DNA of 64,000 bases from an uncultured Acidobacteriota bacterium (GCA_963709105.1 CAVPVC010000016.1:526700-590699), one strand, 5' to 3'. Shown: positions 1 to 9,165, counted from the stretch's first letter. Program-made: numbers and translations. Notes: generated by a model from the letters alone, not told the origin.

Positions 1-512
1 GGCGTCTTTACAGCGCCGAAGCCTGCCTTGGCCAGCCATACACCTTGCGCGGAAACTTCCCGGAAATCGCCTTCGGTGAGCCCAGGCTCCAGGATGATCG
101 AGCCGCCATGCACGCGCATGCCGCCAGGACGGAAGCGTTCAAAACTCTTGAAGGCCGCGACCGCCAAAGCTTTGACGCCCGCCGCATCGGTGGGGCGGCC
201 CGGAACGTGAACCTCCGATGCGGAAATGGCGGTGGTCACGCCGCCATGCACATAGCTTTCGAGGAATCCGACCGTTCGCTGCCGCGGCGTGTAATCGCCG
301 AACGTGGTATGCACGTGGCTATCGATCAGCCCAGGAATCGCGGTGGTGCCGCCGGCGTCAATCACCACGTCGGCGCTGGACACCTCATTCGAAGAAGCGC
401 TCCCCACCGAGAGAATGCGTCCGGCTTCCGCAAGGATCGTATCGCCGCCGGCGAACGGATTGCGCCAATCGCCGCTGACGATGCGCCCGATGTTGACGAT
501 CGCAACGCGCAT
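1..512 (-). CDS. amidohydrolase family protein (enamidase / imidazolonepropionase-like), 5' part; continues beyond window start
   Basis: Reverse-strand translation from ATG at 510-512 gives MRVAIVNIGRIVSGDWRNPF...TAIPGLIDSHVHTTFGDY..., with the HxH metal motif of the amidohydrolase superfamily. It stays open to position 1. It is absent from the ORF track because it has no stop in the window. Confidence 0.6.
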   Translation of the reverse strand, partial: MRVAIVNIGRIVSGDWRNPFAGGDTILAEAGRILSVGSASSNEVSSADVVIDAGGTTAIPGLIDSHVHTTFGDYTPRQRTVGFLESYVHGGVTTAISASEVHVPGRPTDAAGVKALAVAAFKSFERFRPGGMRVHGGSIILEPGLTEGDFREVSAQGVWLAKAGFGAVKT

Positions 513-534
513 CCGCGTGGCCAGCGCTGTCGCG

Positions 535-1107
535 TCAGACAAGACCATCCTCGCCTTTGATTTCGTGCGCCGCCAATCCGCCGACGCGGTGATTGAGGCG
601 CCCGCGATTGGCGAAGGCGGCGATGATGGCAATTTCATCGGGCAGCGGCGCGTCGTGAAGGGTCACGGTAATCCCGTCATAGTGCGACCGCACGTAGAGC
701 GCGTCCTTGTGCGCGAGCGGTATATCGATTGTCTGCCCCGGGGCCACCCGCTTGGTCATCGATGAAATCCAGGCCTTGCCGCCGCCAACCGCCTCCCGCA
801 TCACATTGCCATAAACAGTGGTGAGCATGGCCACCGCGTGTTCCTGCTCCCCTGCGAGTCCCACCAGGCCAGCCTTGCCGTAACTTTCGACTGGCAGATC
901 GCCCATCGCGGCCACTCCAAGTGCGGAGATGCGCCGCCCAAGTTCAAAGCTCGCCTCAGTTAACGGCGCCAGGTCCTGAACGTAGCGCCCGGTAAACGGA
1001 TTTTTCACCACCGCCACCACGGCCACTTTGCGCAACGGCGGATCGGCCGGCTGGCCCGCCTCGGCGAAAGTGTCCTCGGCAAACGTCACGATCTTGCGGA
1101 CTTCCAA
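535..1107 (-). CDS. amino acid synthesis family protein (AA_synth / DUF1185-like)
   Basis: 190-aa ORF. The segments YGKAGLVGLAGEQEHAVAM and IDIPLAHKDALYVRSHYDGITVTLHDAPLPDEI match my memory of the AA_synth family consensus. Confidence 0.65.
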   Translation of the reverse strand: MEVRKIVTFAEDTFAEAGQPADPPLRKVAVVAVVKNPFTGRYVQDLAPLTEASFELGRRISALGVAAMGDLPVESYGKAGLVGLAGEQEHAVAMLTTVYGNVMREAVGGGKAWISSMTKRVAPGQTIDIPLAHKDALYVRSHYDGITVTLHDAPLPDEIAIIAAFANRGRLNHRVGGLAAHEIKGEDGLV

Positions 1108-1143
1108 ATGATCCTCCCGAGCCGATCTTTCGGCCGCGAATCC

Positions 1144-1746
1144 TCAGCCCTCGCGCACCACCAGCTTCATCGGCGTGGGATTGAAATCATTGCACGGGGT
1201 CAGGTCCTGCGGACACGCCGAAAGCAACGCCACCGCATCCATCTCAGCGCGCAGGGTAATCGTCGCGCCTGCAGGATGCGCCGCGGGGTCGGTCACGACC
1301 TTCCCCTCGGGCGTTACGCGATTGTGCATAAAAACATTCCAGGCCTGCTCGCCGCGAATATCGAACGATTCGCCGAGCAGGTCACGCGCCTGTTCAAGGT
1401 TGCGCAGGCAACTGGGATGATCGTGCTGCCCAAAATCGCGCGAATAACGTTCCGGATCGCAACAAGGGACGACAATGTCATGCTTGCCGACATCGTCGCG
1501 CACAATGGTGAAGATCGGATTGCGCCGGTTGGTGAACAGCTGCGAACCCGCGCTCAGCCGGATCGACGCGTTGCACGACACCGTATGCGCCGGAGACATG
1601 TATTCGCGCACATCACCGCGCCGCCAGGCCACGAGATCGCCCACCTGATGGCCTTCGAGATCGATAATGTCAAGAAGCTGCCCGGCGCGCAGGATAACGC
1701 CGCGTCCTTCGCGTGCCGGAACCACGATTTCGCTTACGATACCCAT
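1144..1746 (-). CDS. DUF1989 / urea-carboxylase-associated family protein
   Basis: I prefer the internal ATG at 1746 (MGIVSEIVVPAREG...) because the upstream gene stops at 1757. The motifs GHQVGDLVAW, HDIVVPCCD and AWNVFMH are typical of DUF1989. Confidence 0.6.
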   Translation of the reverse strand: MGIVSEIVVPAREGRGVILRAGQLLDIIDLEGHQVGDLVAWRRGDVREYMSPAHTVSCNASIRLSAGSQLFTNRRNPIFTIVRDDVGKHDIVVPCCDPERYSRDFGQHDHPSCLRNLEQARDLLGESFDIRGEQAWNVFMHNRVTPEGKVVTDPAAHPAGATITLRAEMDAVALLSACPQDLTPCNDFNPTPMKLVVREG

Positions 1747-1756
1747 AAGCGCGCGC

Positions 1757-2509
1757 CTACCGGCTGCCCTCGTGCGCGGCCCGAGCCGAGGGCGGATAGC
1801 GCTCGTCGAATAATCCTGCTTCGAGCGTTTCAAGATAGCCAAGCACCTCGGCCAGTTCGGTGACGTCCACGTATTTCATGTGCAGATCGAAGAGCGCGAT
1901 CTTGTGGGAGAGTTCGCCGCGGTCGAACACGGCTTCCTCGGGAATCGTGACGCGGAGATCGTAGCTCAGCGCATCGACGGCCGAAGCGCGCACGCACCCG
2001 CTGGTGGTAGTGCCGGTGAGAATCAGGGAGTCGGCTCCCATGTTGGTAAGGTAGCTCATCAGCGGTGTTCCGAAGAAGGCCGAGGGTTTGCGCTTCTCGA
2101 TGAGCAGGTCGTCCGCGAGCGGCGCCACCTCCGCCACAATGTCGTTCCCCTTGTGCCCGAGCACATCCACCTGCTCATCCGAACGCGTTCCCTTCAGCGA
2201 CCAGATGCCCAGATCGAAGCCATCCGCGCGGCGCGGGTTCGTGGTGTAAATCACCGGCAGCCGCTTGCGGCGCGCCACGATGAGAATCTTGCGGATGGCG
2301 TCGATGGCATCCCACGCGCGTTCGCCGCAGGAAAAATGCCAGCGCTTGATCGACTCGAGAATCGGCTCGCGCTTGTCGCCGCAGAAGTTGTAGTTGACGT
2401 CGATCACCATGATGGCCGGGCGCTTGCCGAAACCGGCCCGGCGTCCCCAGCCGGCGGCAGCGAAAATCCGGCGGTCGCTTTCGGCGATCACATCGTCCCA
2501 AACAGCCAT
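1757..2509 (-). CDS. isochorismatase-family cysteine hydrolase (N-carbamoylsarcosine amidase-like)
   Basis: Start MAVWDD at 2509 overlaps the upstream stop by 1 nt (TAATG). It has IMVIDVNYNF and the LTGTTTSGCVRAS catalytic Cys motif. The 344-aa ORF in the track over-extends the 5' end. Confidence 0.7.
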   Translation of the reverse strand: MAVWDDVIAESDRRIFAAAGWGRRAGFGKRPAIMVIDVNYNFCGDKREPILESIKRWHFSCGERAWDAIDAIRKILIVARRKRLPVIYTTNPRRADGFDLGIWSLKGTRSDEQVDVLGHKGNDIVAEVAPLADDLLIEKRKPSAFFGTPLMSYLTNMGADSLILTGTTTSGCVRASAVDALSYDLRVTIPEEAVFDRGELSHKIALFDLHMKYVDVTELAEVLGYLETLEAGLFDERYPPSARAAHEGSR

Positions 2510-4119
2510 TATTTTCCCCGCGGCTTGGTGTATTTCAGAGTTTCGGGGCTGAAGCCGGGCCGCTGATAAGGATCGGCGAGCCAACGGTCGGTCCGGCTCA
2601 CCCGCACCGGGCTGTTCACTTCCATGCTGCCCGGCCTCGGCGTTCCGAGTTCGCGGCGCAGATAACGCCCCCGCGGATCGCCCGCCGGCCGCATGCCCGG
2701 GCTGTCTTTCGCCCACTCCGCGGTCACCTTGCCTCGCAGGATCGTCTTCACCGGCCAACCCGTGAACGTGTGCCCCTCCATCAGCGACCATCCGGAGCGC
2801 GTGTTGATGTGGCCCTTGTTGACCTTCACCTCGCGGGCGAGGTCGACAATCACAACATCGGCGTCAAAGCCCGGCAGCAGCGATCCCTTGCGACCCCAGA
2901 TGCCCGAGGTCTTGGCCGGATTTTCGCAGGCCACCTGCACCACGCGCTCAATCGAAAGGCGCCCTTTGTTCACGCCTTCCGAGAGCAGCGCGGGCAGCAT
3001 CATTTCCACGCGCGAGAAGCCTGTGCGGCACGACCAGATATTCGGGTTATACATCTCTTCGTAGGAAGAAGGTTCCCACGCCACCACGTGATCGGAGCCC
3101 ACGACGTCTACCGTGCCGTCGGCCAACGCGACCCACAGGGCTTCGATATTGTCGCGGCGGCGCAGCGGCACGTTGATGCGCCAGCCGTACTGCGGTTCCA
3201 TCCACAGCCAGGCCGGGCCTGTCTGCGCGTAGACTTCGAGACCTTCGGCGCGCGCGCGTGCAATCTCGTCAAAGGTCAGCTTCGTCGTCGCATGCTGCAG
3301 ATAGAGGCGCACATGGCCGGGCGTCTGCCGCGCGATGTAGCTGTAGGCATGGACGTGCTGCGCTTCGAGGAAATCGGGCGAACGGTCGGTCCACGCGCCG
3401 AAATCGTTGCGGCCCGCCTGCCGCAGGCGCTCTTCGAAAATGCGCGCGATTTCCCAATTCTCCGGGTGGATGTGGCAGATCGCGGGGTAGCCGAGATGCG
3501 CCACGTTCTCCATCACCAGGTACACCGTGCCGTCATCGATCCCGGTGCCCAGCCCCGCGCGGCGCGACGGCCAGTTGTTGTCCTGATCGGCGCGCATGCC
3601 CTTCATGCCGCGCGTCTGCATGTACAGTTTGTATGAGGTCACGCCGTGTTCCTCGGCGTATTGCGGAATTTCGTTGGCTTGCTCGTCGGTCTCGAGCATG
3701 TAGGTGAGATAGCAATCAACCATCGAAACTGATTCGATGATCTCGACCGCCGTGCCGAAGCAATTGTTGAACGAAACCACATCGGCGCCGGTCACCACTT
3801 CTTTGAAGGGCTCCGTGCCGAGGCGCGTCGAAGGCGCTTGAATGCCCCAGCTGGTGATTCCGGCGCACGCGGCAGCGCGCGACTCAGTCGTCATGTCGTA
3901 CTTAAAGGGAACGTAGCATCCGGGATGCGCTTCGCTATCGACGATGCCCGGCAGCACGTGCAGGCCGGTCGCGTCAATTTCCTCTTTGGCCGGCGGCAGA
4001 AATTCTTCGCGCCCCAGAACGGCGACCTTGCCGTTCTGGATGCCTACCGCCATCCGGTAGCTTCCGCCGCCAAGCACCAGCGTGCCGTTTTTGATCACCA
4101 GGTCAAGGCGTTCCGCCAT
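2509..4119 (-). CDS. dihydropyrimidinase / hydantoinase-like cyclic amidohydrolase
   Basis: 536 aa. It has SYKLYM (carbamylated-Lys position), HIHPEN and GSDHVV motifs. The N-terminal metal motif reads D61-S-E-A-H65 where DxHxH is expected. Confidence 0.7.
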   Translation of the reverse strand: MAERLDLVIKNGTLVLGGGSYRMAVGIQNGKVAVLGREEFLPPAKEEIDATGLHVLPGIVDSEAHPGCYVPFKYDMTTESRAAACAGITSWGIQAPSTRLGTEPFKEVVTGADVVSFNNCFGTAVEIIESVSMVDCYLTYMLETDEQANEIPQYAEEHGVTSYKLYMQTRGMKGMRADQDNNWPSRRAGLGTGIDDGTVYLVMENVAHLGYPAICHIHPENWEIARIFEERLRQAGRNDFGAWTDRSPDFLEAQHVHAYSYIARQTPGHVRLYLQHATTKLTFDEIARARAEGLEVYAQTGPAWLWMEPQYGWRINVPLRRRDNIEALWVALADGTVDVVGSDHVVAWEPSSYEEMYNPNIWSCRTGFSRVEMMLPALLSEGVNKGRLSIERVVQVACENPAKTSGIWGRKGSLLPGFDADVVIVDLAREVKVNKGHINTRSGWSLMEGHTFTGWPVKTILRGKVTAEWAKDSPGMRPAGDPRGRYLRRELGTPRPGSMEVNSPVRVSRTDRWLADPYQRPGFSPETLKYTKPRGK

Positions 4120-4241
4120 TCCTCAGCTCCAATTACTCAGCTCCGTTGACACTCGGCTCCGCCGGCCCGTATTCTGTCTCTTGTCTGAGACACTATAGCA
4201 GACGACAATTCCGCCGCAAACGCGGAAAATCGGAGCAACGG

Positions 4242-5201
4242 TTGCCGATCCAATCGTACTGGCCGGCGCATACGCCCGCACTTGGCGGGCAGCCTCCGCC
4301 GCAAGAAGACGCCGAACATCCAGTCGATGCGCGTCGCTGCACCGTTCAACTCTCTACGGGGCGCCTCTATCTGGACGCGCTCGCGACACCCGCGACTGCC
4401 CTGCTCGGCCACGACTTGCCTCCCACGCCCGCAGTCGACCCAGCAACTGTTCTGCGAATGCTGTCGTCGCTAACCCCGGGCTACGTTTGCCTGGCCGTGA
4501 CGCAAAGCTTCGCGGCTGCGGCCGATCTGGCAGCGCAGCTTGGCGACAATGGCTCCCTCGTCGAGATCAACGCGATGGCTGGAGAACCGGTGATTGCCGG
4601 CCGCCCGCTCGTGGCGTTTGAAAACGAGACGCTCGGCCGCACCGGCCGGTGGCTCGCAAGCTCTGCCTGGAAACACGCGCCAGATATGATCGTCGTAGGC
4701 GAAGCGCTCGCACTCGGCTCGCCGTTCGGCGCGGTGCTGGGGCGCGAAGGCTTCGCTGCCGGCCGCGACCTGGCGAACCGTGCATCTGCGCTGGCATACC
4801 AACCGGCACCGCCGGAATGGTTGACCCGCGTATCCGCAGCGATCCATGGAGTCGAAAGCGAAGGATTGTTGCAGCAAGGGCGCGACGTTGCGAACTATCT
4901 AATGGCGCGCCTCGCGGCGGTGCGCGAGAGCTGCCCGCAGATTGAAAGCGTCGAGGGCGCGGGATTATCCATCCGCGTCGCGCTGGCCTCGCCGCACACA
5001 GCTGCGCAAATTCGTCGCGGGATGTGCGAGCGCGGTGTTCTCGCCGGCGTGGACGGGCCGCGGCGTCTGGCCATCAATCCCCCGCTGCCGTTGCGGATCG
5101 CCGAAGCCGACGTGATTACCGGAGCCCTGCGCGGCGCGCTTCTCGGCCTCCCCTTGCCAAGCGCTCCCGTTTGTTGCGCCGCGTGCGACCGCGAGTGCTA
5201 G
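4242..5201 (+). CDS. class-III aminotransferase-like protein, truncated and lacking PLP-binding residues (probable pseudoenzyme or relic)
   Basis: GRLYLDALATPATALLGHD and ETLGRTGRWLA resemble class-III aminotransferases. The Schiff-base Lys position reads VGEALALG (Glu) and the DEV Asp reads AFENE. The start is uncertain: TTG at 4242, while the ORF track starts at 4146. Confidence 0.5.
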   Translation: MPIQSYWPAHTPALGGQPPPQEDAEHPVDARRCTVQLSTGRLYLDALATPATALLGHDLPPTPAVDPATVLRMLSSLTPGYVCLAVTQSFAAAADLAAQLGDNGSLVEINAMAGEPVIAGRPLVAFENETLGRTGRWLASSAWKHAPDMIVVGEALALGSPFGAVLGREGFAAGRDLANRASALAYQPAPPEWLTRVSAAIHGVESEGLLQQGRDVANYLMARLAAVRESCPQIESVEGAGLSIRVALASPHTAAQIRRGMCERGVLAGVDGPRRLAINPPLPLRIAEADVITGALRGALLGLPLPSAPVCCAACDREC

Positions 5202-6112
5202 AGCGATTTCTCCGCCGCCGTCGACACTCCCCATTTCAGCTTTGCGCCCAGGGATGTATCGAGCGCAAAGCGCACGACGATAACGCGCTTCACGCCCCGC
5301 ACCGCCGCTGCCGACTCGGCCGCGGACCACACGGCGAACACCACATCGAACCGCGGCGCCAGCTTGCGCAGCTTGTCTTTCTCTCCTTCCGTAATCGCCG
5401 TGATCTTTGCATCCACGTAGTCGCGCACCATTCCCGAGAGCCGCGTCACCGATCGCTTGTTGTGCCCCACCACCAGGACTTTCGAGCGCGGTTTGATCGT
5501 CAGGAGCGCGTCGAGCGTCTCGGCGCTCGGCGAAGTGTGAACCGGCACGATGGAAACTTCCTGCCCTACAATTTCCTTCACCTCCGCATAGTGGTAATAA
5601 GGCACCAGGATCACCGATTTATTCTGGCGGAGTCGCGGCAGGTCAAGGTCCTCAATCAAGGTGCGCGCAATCGAGAGGCTGGAAAGTTCGCTCGCCAGCT
5701 GCTTGCCCAGGTGGTTGAGATCGTGCGCATTGCATTCGGTGAACACGAACTGCGCCTCGTCCTCGAAAACCCCGGCGACGATCTCTCTGATGTCGCGAAG
5801 CAATTCCTTCTCGCCGCCACCCCACAGCTTCCACTTGTGCGCGATCGACTTGATGGCTCGCTGAATCTCCGCGTTGCGCCCCGGCTTGTGTGGAAGATGG
5901 CTCCGCACGCGCACGAATTGCCGCTCCTGCACTTCCAGCCAGCCATTGCGGATCATTTCTTGCACGGCGCGGCTCACCGTCGAAGGACTCGTGCCAAGTT
6001 CGGCGGCCATCGACCGTAACGGCGGCAGCCGGTGCCCCAGCGCGTAGAGGCCCTTGCTGATCCGCTCTTCGATGGCCTCCTGCACTTCCCGCGCTGTCAA
6101 CGATGTCTGCAA
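5198..6112 (-). CDS. GntR-family transcriptional regulator
   Basis: N-terminal winged HTH LPPLRSMAAELGTSPSTVSRAVQEMIRNGWLEV. It is divergent from the sigma gene and flanks the amidohydrolase cluster. Confidence 0.7.
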   Translation of the reverse strand: MQTSLTAREVQEAIEERISKGLYALGHRLPPLRSMAAELGTSPSTVSRAVQEMIRNGWLEVQERQFVRVRSHLPHKPGRNAEIQRAIKSIAHKWKLWGGGEKELLRDIREIVAGVFEDEAQFVFTECNAHDLNHLGKQLASELSSLSIARTLIEDLDLPRLRQNKSVILVPYYHYAEVKEIVGQEVSIVPVHTSPSAETLDALLTIKPRSKVLVVGHNKRSVTRLSGMVRDYVDAKITAITEGEKDKLRKLAPRFDVVFAVWSAAESAAAVRGVKRVIVVRFALDTSLGAKLKWGVSTAAEKSL

Positions 6113-6233
6113 TGTGTCGCTCCGCTTCTGGGATTATTCTCTGCGTTACTCGAACGCGAAAATGCAACCGTGTATATACCACAGGCATAGTCGCTTGCGG
6201 CCACGAGGGCTGTCCAGCCCAGCCGCATTTCTT

Positions 6234-6260
6234 TGAAATATTTGCGCGCCCCATCCGTTT
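6234..6260 (+). promoter_or_regulatory. possible ECF-type promoter (TGAAAT-N16-CGTT)
   Basis: GAAAT ends at 6239 and CGTT lies at 6256-6259, a 16-nt spacer. It sits about 12 nt upstream of the sigma-factor ATG at 6271. Pattern match only. Confidence 0.25.
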
Positions 6261-6270
6261 ACATAGGTAG

Positions 6271-6870
6271 ATGAACGAGGCCCTGATCGACGGGATGGCT
6301 CACGAGCGTGACCAACGGATAGCCGAGGCGGTCAAGCGCGAAGGGTCCCGGCTCAAGAATTTCATCCGCAGGCGTGTGCCCGATGAAAGAGACGCCGAAG
6401 ACATTCTGCAGGAGGTCTTCTACGAACTGGTAGAAGCCGACCGGATGATGAAGCCGATCGAGCAGTTGAGCGGCTGGCTCTACCGCGTGGCGCGGAATCG
6501 CATCACCGATCTCTTCCGCCAAAAAAGGCCCGAGGCGCTCGCCAACGATGCCGCGGCAAACGATGCGGAAGGAGAGTCGCAGCGCATCGAGGATCTGCTC
6601 CCCTCTCCCGATGCCGGGCCGGAGGCGGCATACGCCCGAACTGTATTGATTGAAGAGCTCGATGCCGCCCTGAACGAGCTGCCTGAAGAGCAGCGCCAGG
6701 CGTTTGTCGCCCACGAGATCGAAGGGCAAAGTTTCAAGGAGCTAGCCGAAGCAACCGGGGTCAGCGTGAACACGCTGATTTTGCGAAAGCATCGCGCGGT
6801 GGTCCATCTGCGCGAGCGGCTGGAAGCGATCTATGACGAGTTTGAAGAACGCGTGGATAAAAGTGGATAG
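6271..6870 (+). CDS. RNA polymerase sigma-70 family, ECF subfamily
   Basis: Region 2 is DAEDILQEVFYELVEA...WLYRVARNRITDLFR. Region 4 is EEQRQAFVAHEIEGQSFKELAEATGVSVNTLILRKHRAV. Confidence 0.85.
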   Translation: MNEALIDGMAHERDQRIAEAVKREGSRLKNFIRRRVPDERDAEDILQEVFYELVEADRMMKPIEQLSGWLYRVARNRITDLFRQKRPEALANDAAANDAEGESQRIEDLLPSPDAGPEAAYARTVLIEELDAALNELPEEQRQAFVAHEIEGQSFKELAEATGVSVNTLILRKHRAVVHLRERLEAIYDEFEERVDKSG

Positions 6871-6883
6871 AAGAGGATAAAAG

Positions 6884-7222
6884 ATGAAAGCTCGATGGAT
6901 ATTCAAGGGAATCAAAGTTGCATTGTTCGTGTTGCTGGCCGCGGCCGCGCTGAGCTTTGTGGTGATGAGCCTGTGGAACTGGCTGATGCCCGCGCTCTTT
7001 GCGCTGCATCCGATCAATTTCTGGCAGGCGCTCGGTCTACTGCTGCTGAGCAAAATTTTGTTCGGCGGTTTCCGCGGGCGCCGCGGCCCGTCCATGCACT
7101 GGCGGGGGCGCATGATGGAGCGGTGGGCGCAGATGACTCCCGAGGAGCGCGAAAAGTTCCGCGAAGGGATGGGAGCCCGCTGCGGAGTCTTCGGCTCGCG
7201 AGCCGCGCAGCCCAAGGTCTAA
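6884..7222 (+). CDS. small two-TM membrane protein; candidate anti-sigma or partner of the ECF sigma
   Basis: Starts 14 nt after the sigma stop. It has two hydrophobic helices followed by a basic tail, RGRMMERWAQMTPEEREKFREGM. Confidence 0.5.
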   Translation: MKARWIFKGIKVALFVLLAAAALSFVVMSLWNWLMPALFALHPINFWQALGLLLLSKILFGGFRGRRGPSMHWRGRMMERWAQMTPEEREKFREGMGARCGVFGSRAAQPKV

Positions 7223-7226
7223 TCCC

Positions 7227-7499
7227 ATGAAAATGAACTTCGGCGAAGTACTCGAAATCAAAGACTTGGGAAAACACGCCGCGTCGTCGGTGATCCGTCT
7301 GGGAATTCTCCTGGCCGGCACGGTGAATGCCACGCCCGACCCCAAGCGCAAAAACTTCTACGAAGTGGAAGCCGGCTGCACGGTTTACTACATCCACGTG
7401 TCGCCCGTCAGCGGGACGATCTTTCTTCTAGCAAGTTGGAGAAACGCAGCGATGCCACCGGCGCCGCGACTCGAGATTGCAAGCGTTGCACATCCCTGA
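7227..7499 (+). CDS. hypothetical protein (90 aa)
   Basis: ATG lies 5 nt after the previous stop, so it is probably co-transcribed. I recognise no motif. Confidence 0.4.
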   Translation: MKMNFGEVLEIKDLGKHAASSVIRLGILLAGTVNATPDPKRKNFYEVEAGCTVYYIHVSPVSGTIFLLASWRNAAMPPAPRLEIASVAHP

Positions 7500-7542
7500 C
7501 CATCCGAAGTGCCCGGCAACGCCTCGTAAACGGAACGGCGAT

Positions 7543-8670
7543 CTAATTTATGTGGCCACCGCGGTGGGTAAGTTTCCCCAGGAGAAATTCCTGAGCCACG
7601 CTGGCGCCGATGCGCTCCGCAGTGCCGATGGCGAAATTTGAGAACACCAAGCCCGCTCCGCGATTCGACGCTGGATAGTAGAGGTTGGCGATGGCACCTG
7701 TAGCCAAATCACCGCCCAGGCTGGAGTAGTTCGGCTCCCACTTTCCGTTATCTCCCCTGCAGACAAAGGGAGCCAGAATCGCGTGCCGAAGCCGGGCTTT
7801 GGTTGTGCCGGTTCCCTTGTAGAAGTACCGCGGATCCTGGTGCAGCACCGAGGGCAATATCGCGCCCCCGATCATGATGTCCACAAAACCATCGGCGCCG
7901 GTTGCGCCCAACCTCTCGCCGAATCCCGAAGCGCCCTGGCCATAAGCCGGTGTGTTTGCCGCCTGCTTGGCTGCCGAAATCACCGTGATTCCCGCGATCG
8001 TGGCCGGATCGACTGAGATTTTCAGCGCGAGCCTGAATTTCAGCGCCGCGGTGAGGGGTTCGGCATCCGCGTCGTAGGCAACATAGAAATTCGGTATGAG
8101 GCCAAGAATGCGCTGCTTTTCTTCCATCTTCACCTGCTCGGTCGCGATCTCGGCCGAATTGCCGTTTACCTCCACCGTCGCACGCGCCGTGGCGATGCGG
8201 AGTTGGACCGCTCCCAGAAGATTCACCTGGCCCGATTCGAGAGTGATAGCGGGCGATGTCCAGTCCGCAAAACCCTCCGCGCTGACAATGATCAGGTATT
8301 GCACTCCCGGCTGGACATTGTCGAACTGAAAGAATCCGTTTCCGGGCGTCACTACCGTGCGGCGATCCCCCGGGTATGCATCAGTGAGAGCCACGGTCGC
8401 GCCGATAACCGGGTCCCCGTTCACGTCGATCACCGTGCCCAGAATTTTCCCCGGCTGCAATCCCGGGGCCGCAGCGGTCTGAGCAGGGGTGCGCACCGCA
8501 AGCGCCAGCACAATGGCAATTATGGCTGCCAGGCGCGTGCGAAATCGCTGCGAGAGGGTCGCAGCGCAAACAAGTGACGGTGGTGCTGTGCTGCCTTTTG
8601 CAGGAACCGCGATTCCGTGTGCTGACACAAACACCCCCGGTGCCCCGGTACGGAGAGATTCTGAACGCAC
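7543..8670 (-). CDS. secreted carboxypeptidase-regulatory-like (CarboxypepD_reg) domain protein
   Basis: Signal-like LAAIIAIVLALAVRTPAQT, then GKILGTVIDVNGDPVIGATVALTD...GVQYLIIVSAEGF. The exact start is uncertain. Confidence 0.55.
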   Translation of the reverse strand: MRSESLRTGAPGVFVSAHGIAVPAKGSTAPPSLVCAATLSQRFRTRLAAIIAIVLALAVRTPAQTAAAPGLQPGKILGTVIDVNGDPVIGATVALTDAYPGDRRTVVTPGNGFFQFDNVQPGVQYLIIVSAEGFADWTSPAITLESGQVNLLGAVQLRIATARATVEVNGNSAEIATEQVKMEEKQRILGLIPNFYVAYDADAEPLTAALKFRLALKISVDPATIAGITVISAAKQAANTPAYGQGASGFGERLGATGADGFVDIMIGGAILPSVLHQDPRYFYKGTGTTKARLRHAILAPFVCRGDNGKWEPNYSSLGGDLATGAIANLYYPASNRGAGLVFSNFAIGTAERIGASVAQEFLLGKLTHRGGHIN

Positions 8671-8887
8671 ACTCGCCTTCGCGGGGGTCTATCGAGCTGC
8701 TTGCTCACTCCGTTCGATGAATTCAACCGCCGCCGGGGTGCAAACAAAAATCCTTTACTTCGAATCTGGCGCACACAGGCGGACCAGTCCCGACGGAATC
8801 CAGCCGCACGCTACGCGAAAGACAAGATCCTCTACAACCACTCAAGCATGTAGGGGGCTAATCTGAAAGAAGCGTTGCAAAAAAAAG

Positions 8888-8964
8888 TGGCGCGCCCGGA
8901 GAGAGTCGAACTCCCGACCTTCTGGTTCGTAGCCAGACGCTCTATCCAGCTGAGCTACGGGCGC
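8888..8964 (-). tRNA. tRNA-Arg (anticodon ACG)
   Basis: The reverse complement reads GCGCCCGTAGCTCAGCTGGATAGAGCGTCTGGCTACGAACCAGAAGGTCGGGAGTTCGACTCTCTCCGGGCGCGCCA. It forms a cloverleaf with anticodon loop CTACGAA, a T-loop GGTTCGA-like sequence and an encoded CCA. Confidence 0.92.
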
Positions 8965-8981
8965 GTTCCGTTAGAGATCCT

Positions 8982-9011
8982 ACTATACAGACGAGCAATG
9001 CCAAGCTGCAA
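8982..9011 (-). promoter_or_regulatory. possible sigma-70 promoter for tRNA-Arg (TTGCAG-N18-TATAGT)
   Basis: On the minus strand TATAGT lies at 8982-8987 and TTGCAG at 9006-9011. The -10 box is about 17 nt upstream of the tRNA 5' end. Confidence 0.35.
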
Positions 9012-9165
9012 GCGCGTCCGGCAAAACGGGCGCGTTTGCGCGCAAAAACCATCGAGGAATGCGGCGACTTCTCCCCCGTGGTCCGGGCGATCACAGGAGA
9101 GGGTGACTCGCATCACATCGCGGGACCCAGCCGCAGCGCTATGTAGAGGTTGTCTGGAGGCTGCC

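Noticed and set aside
8875-9165. 5' extension of the USP ORF that overlaps the tRNA-Arg gene
   Set aside because: It translates the antisense strand of a tRNA. A good RBS and ATG at 9166 begin the conserved Usp sequence.
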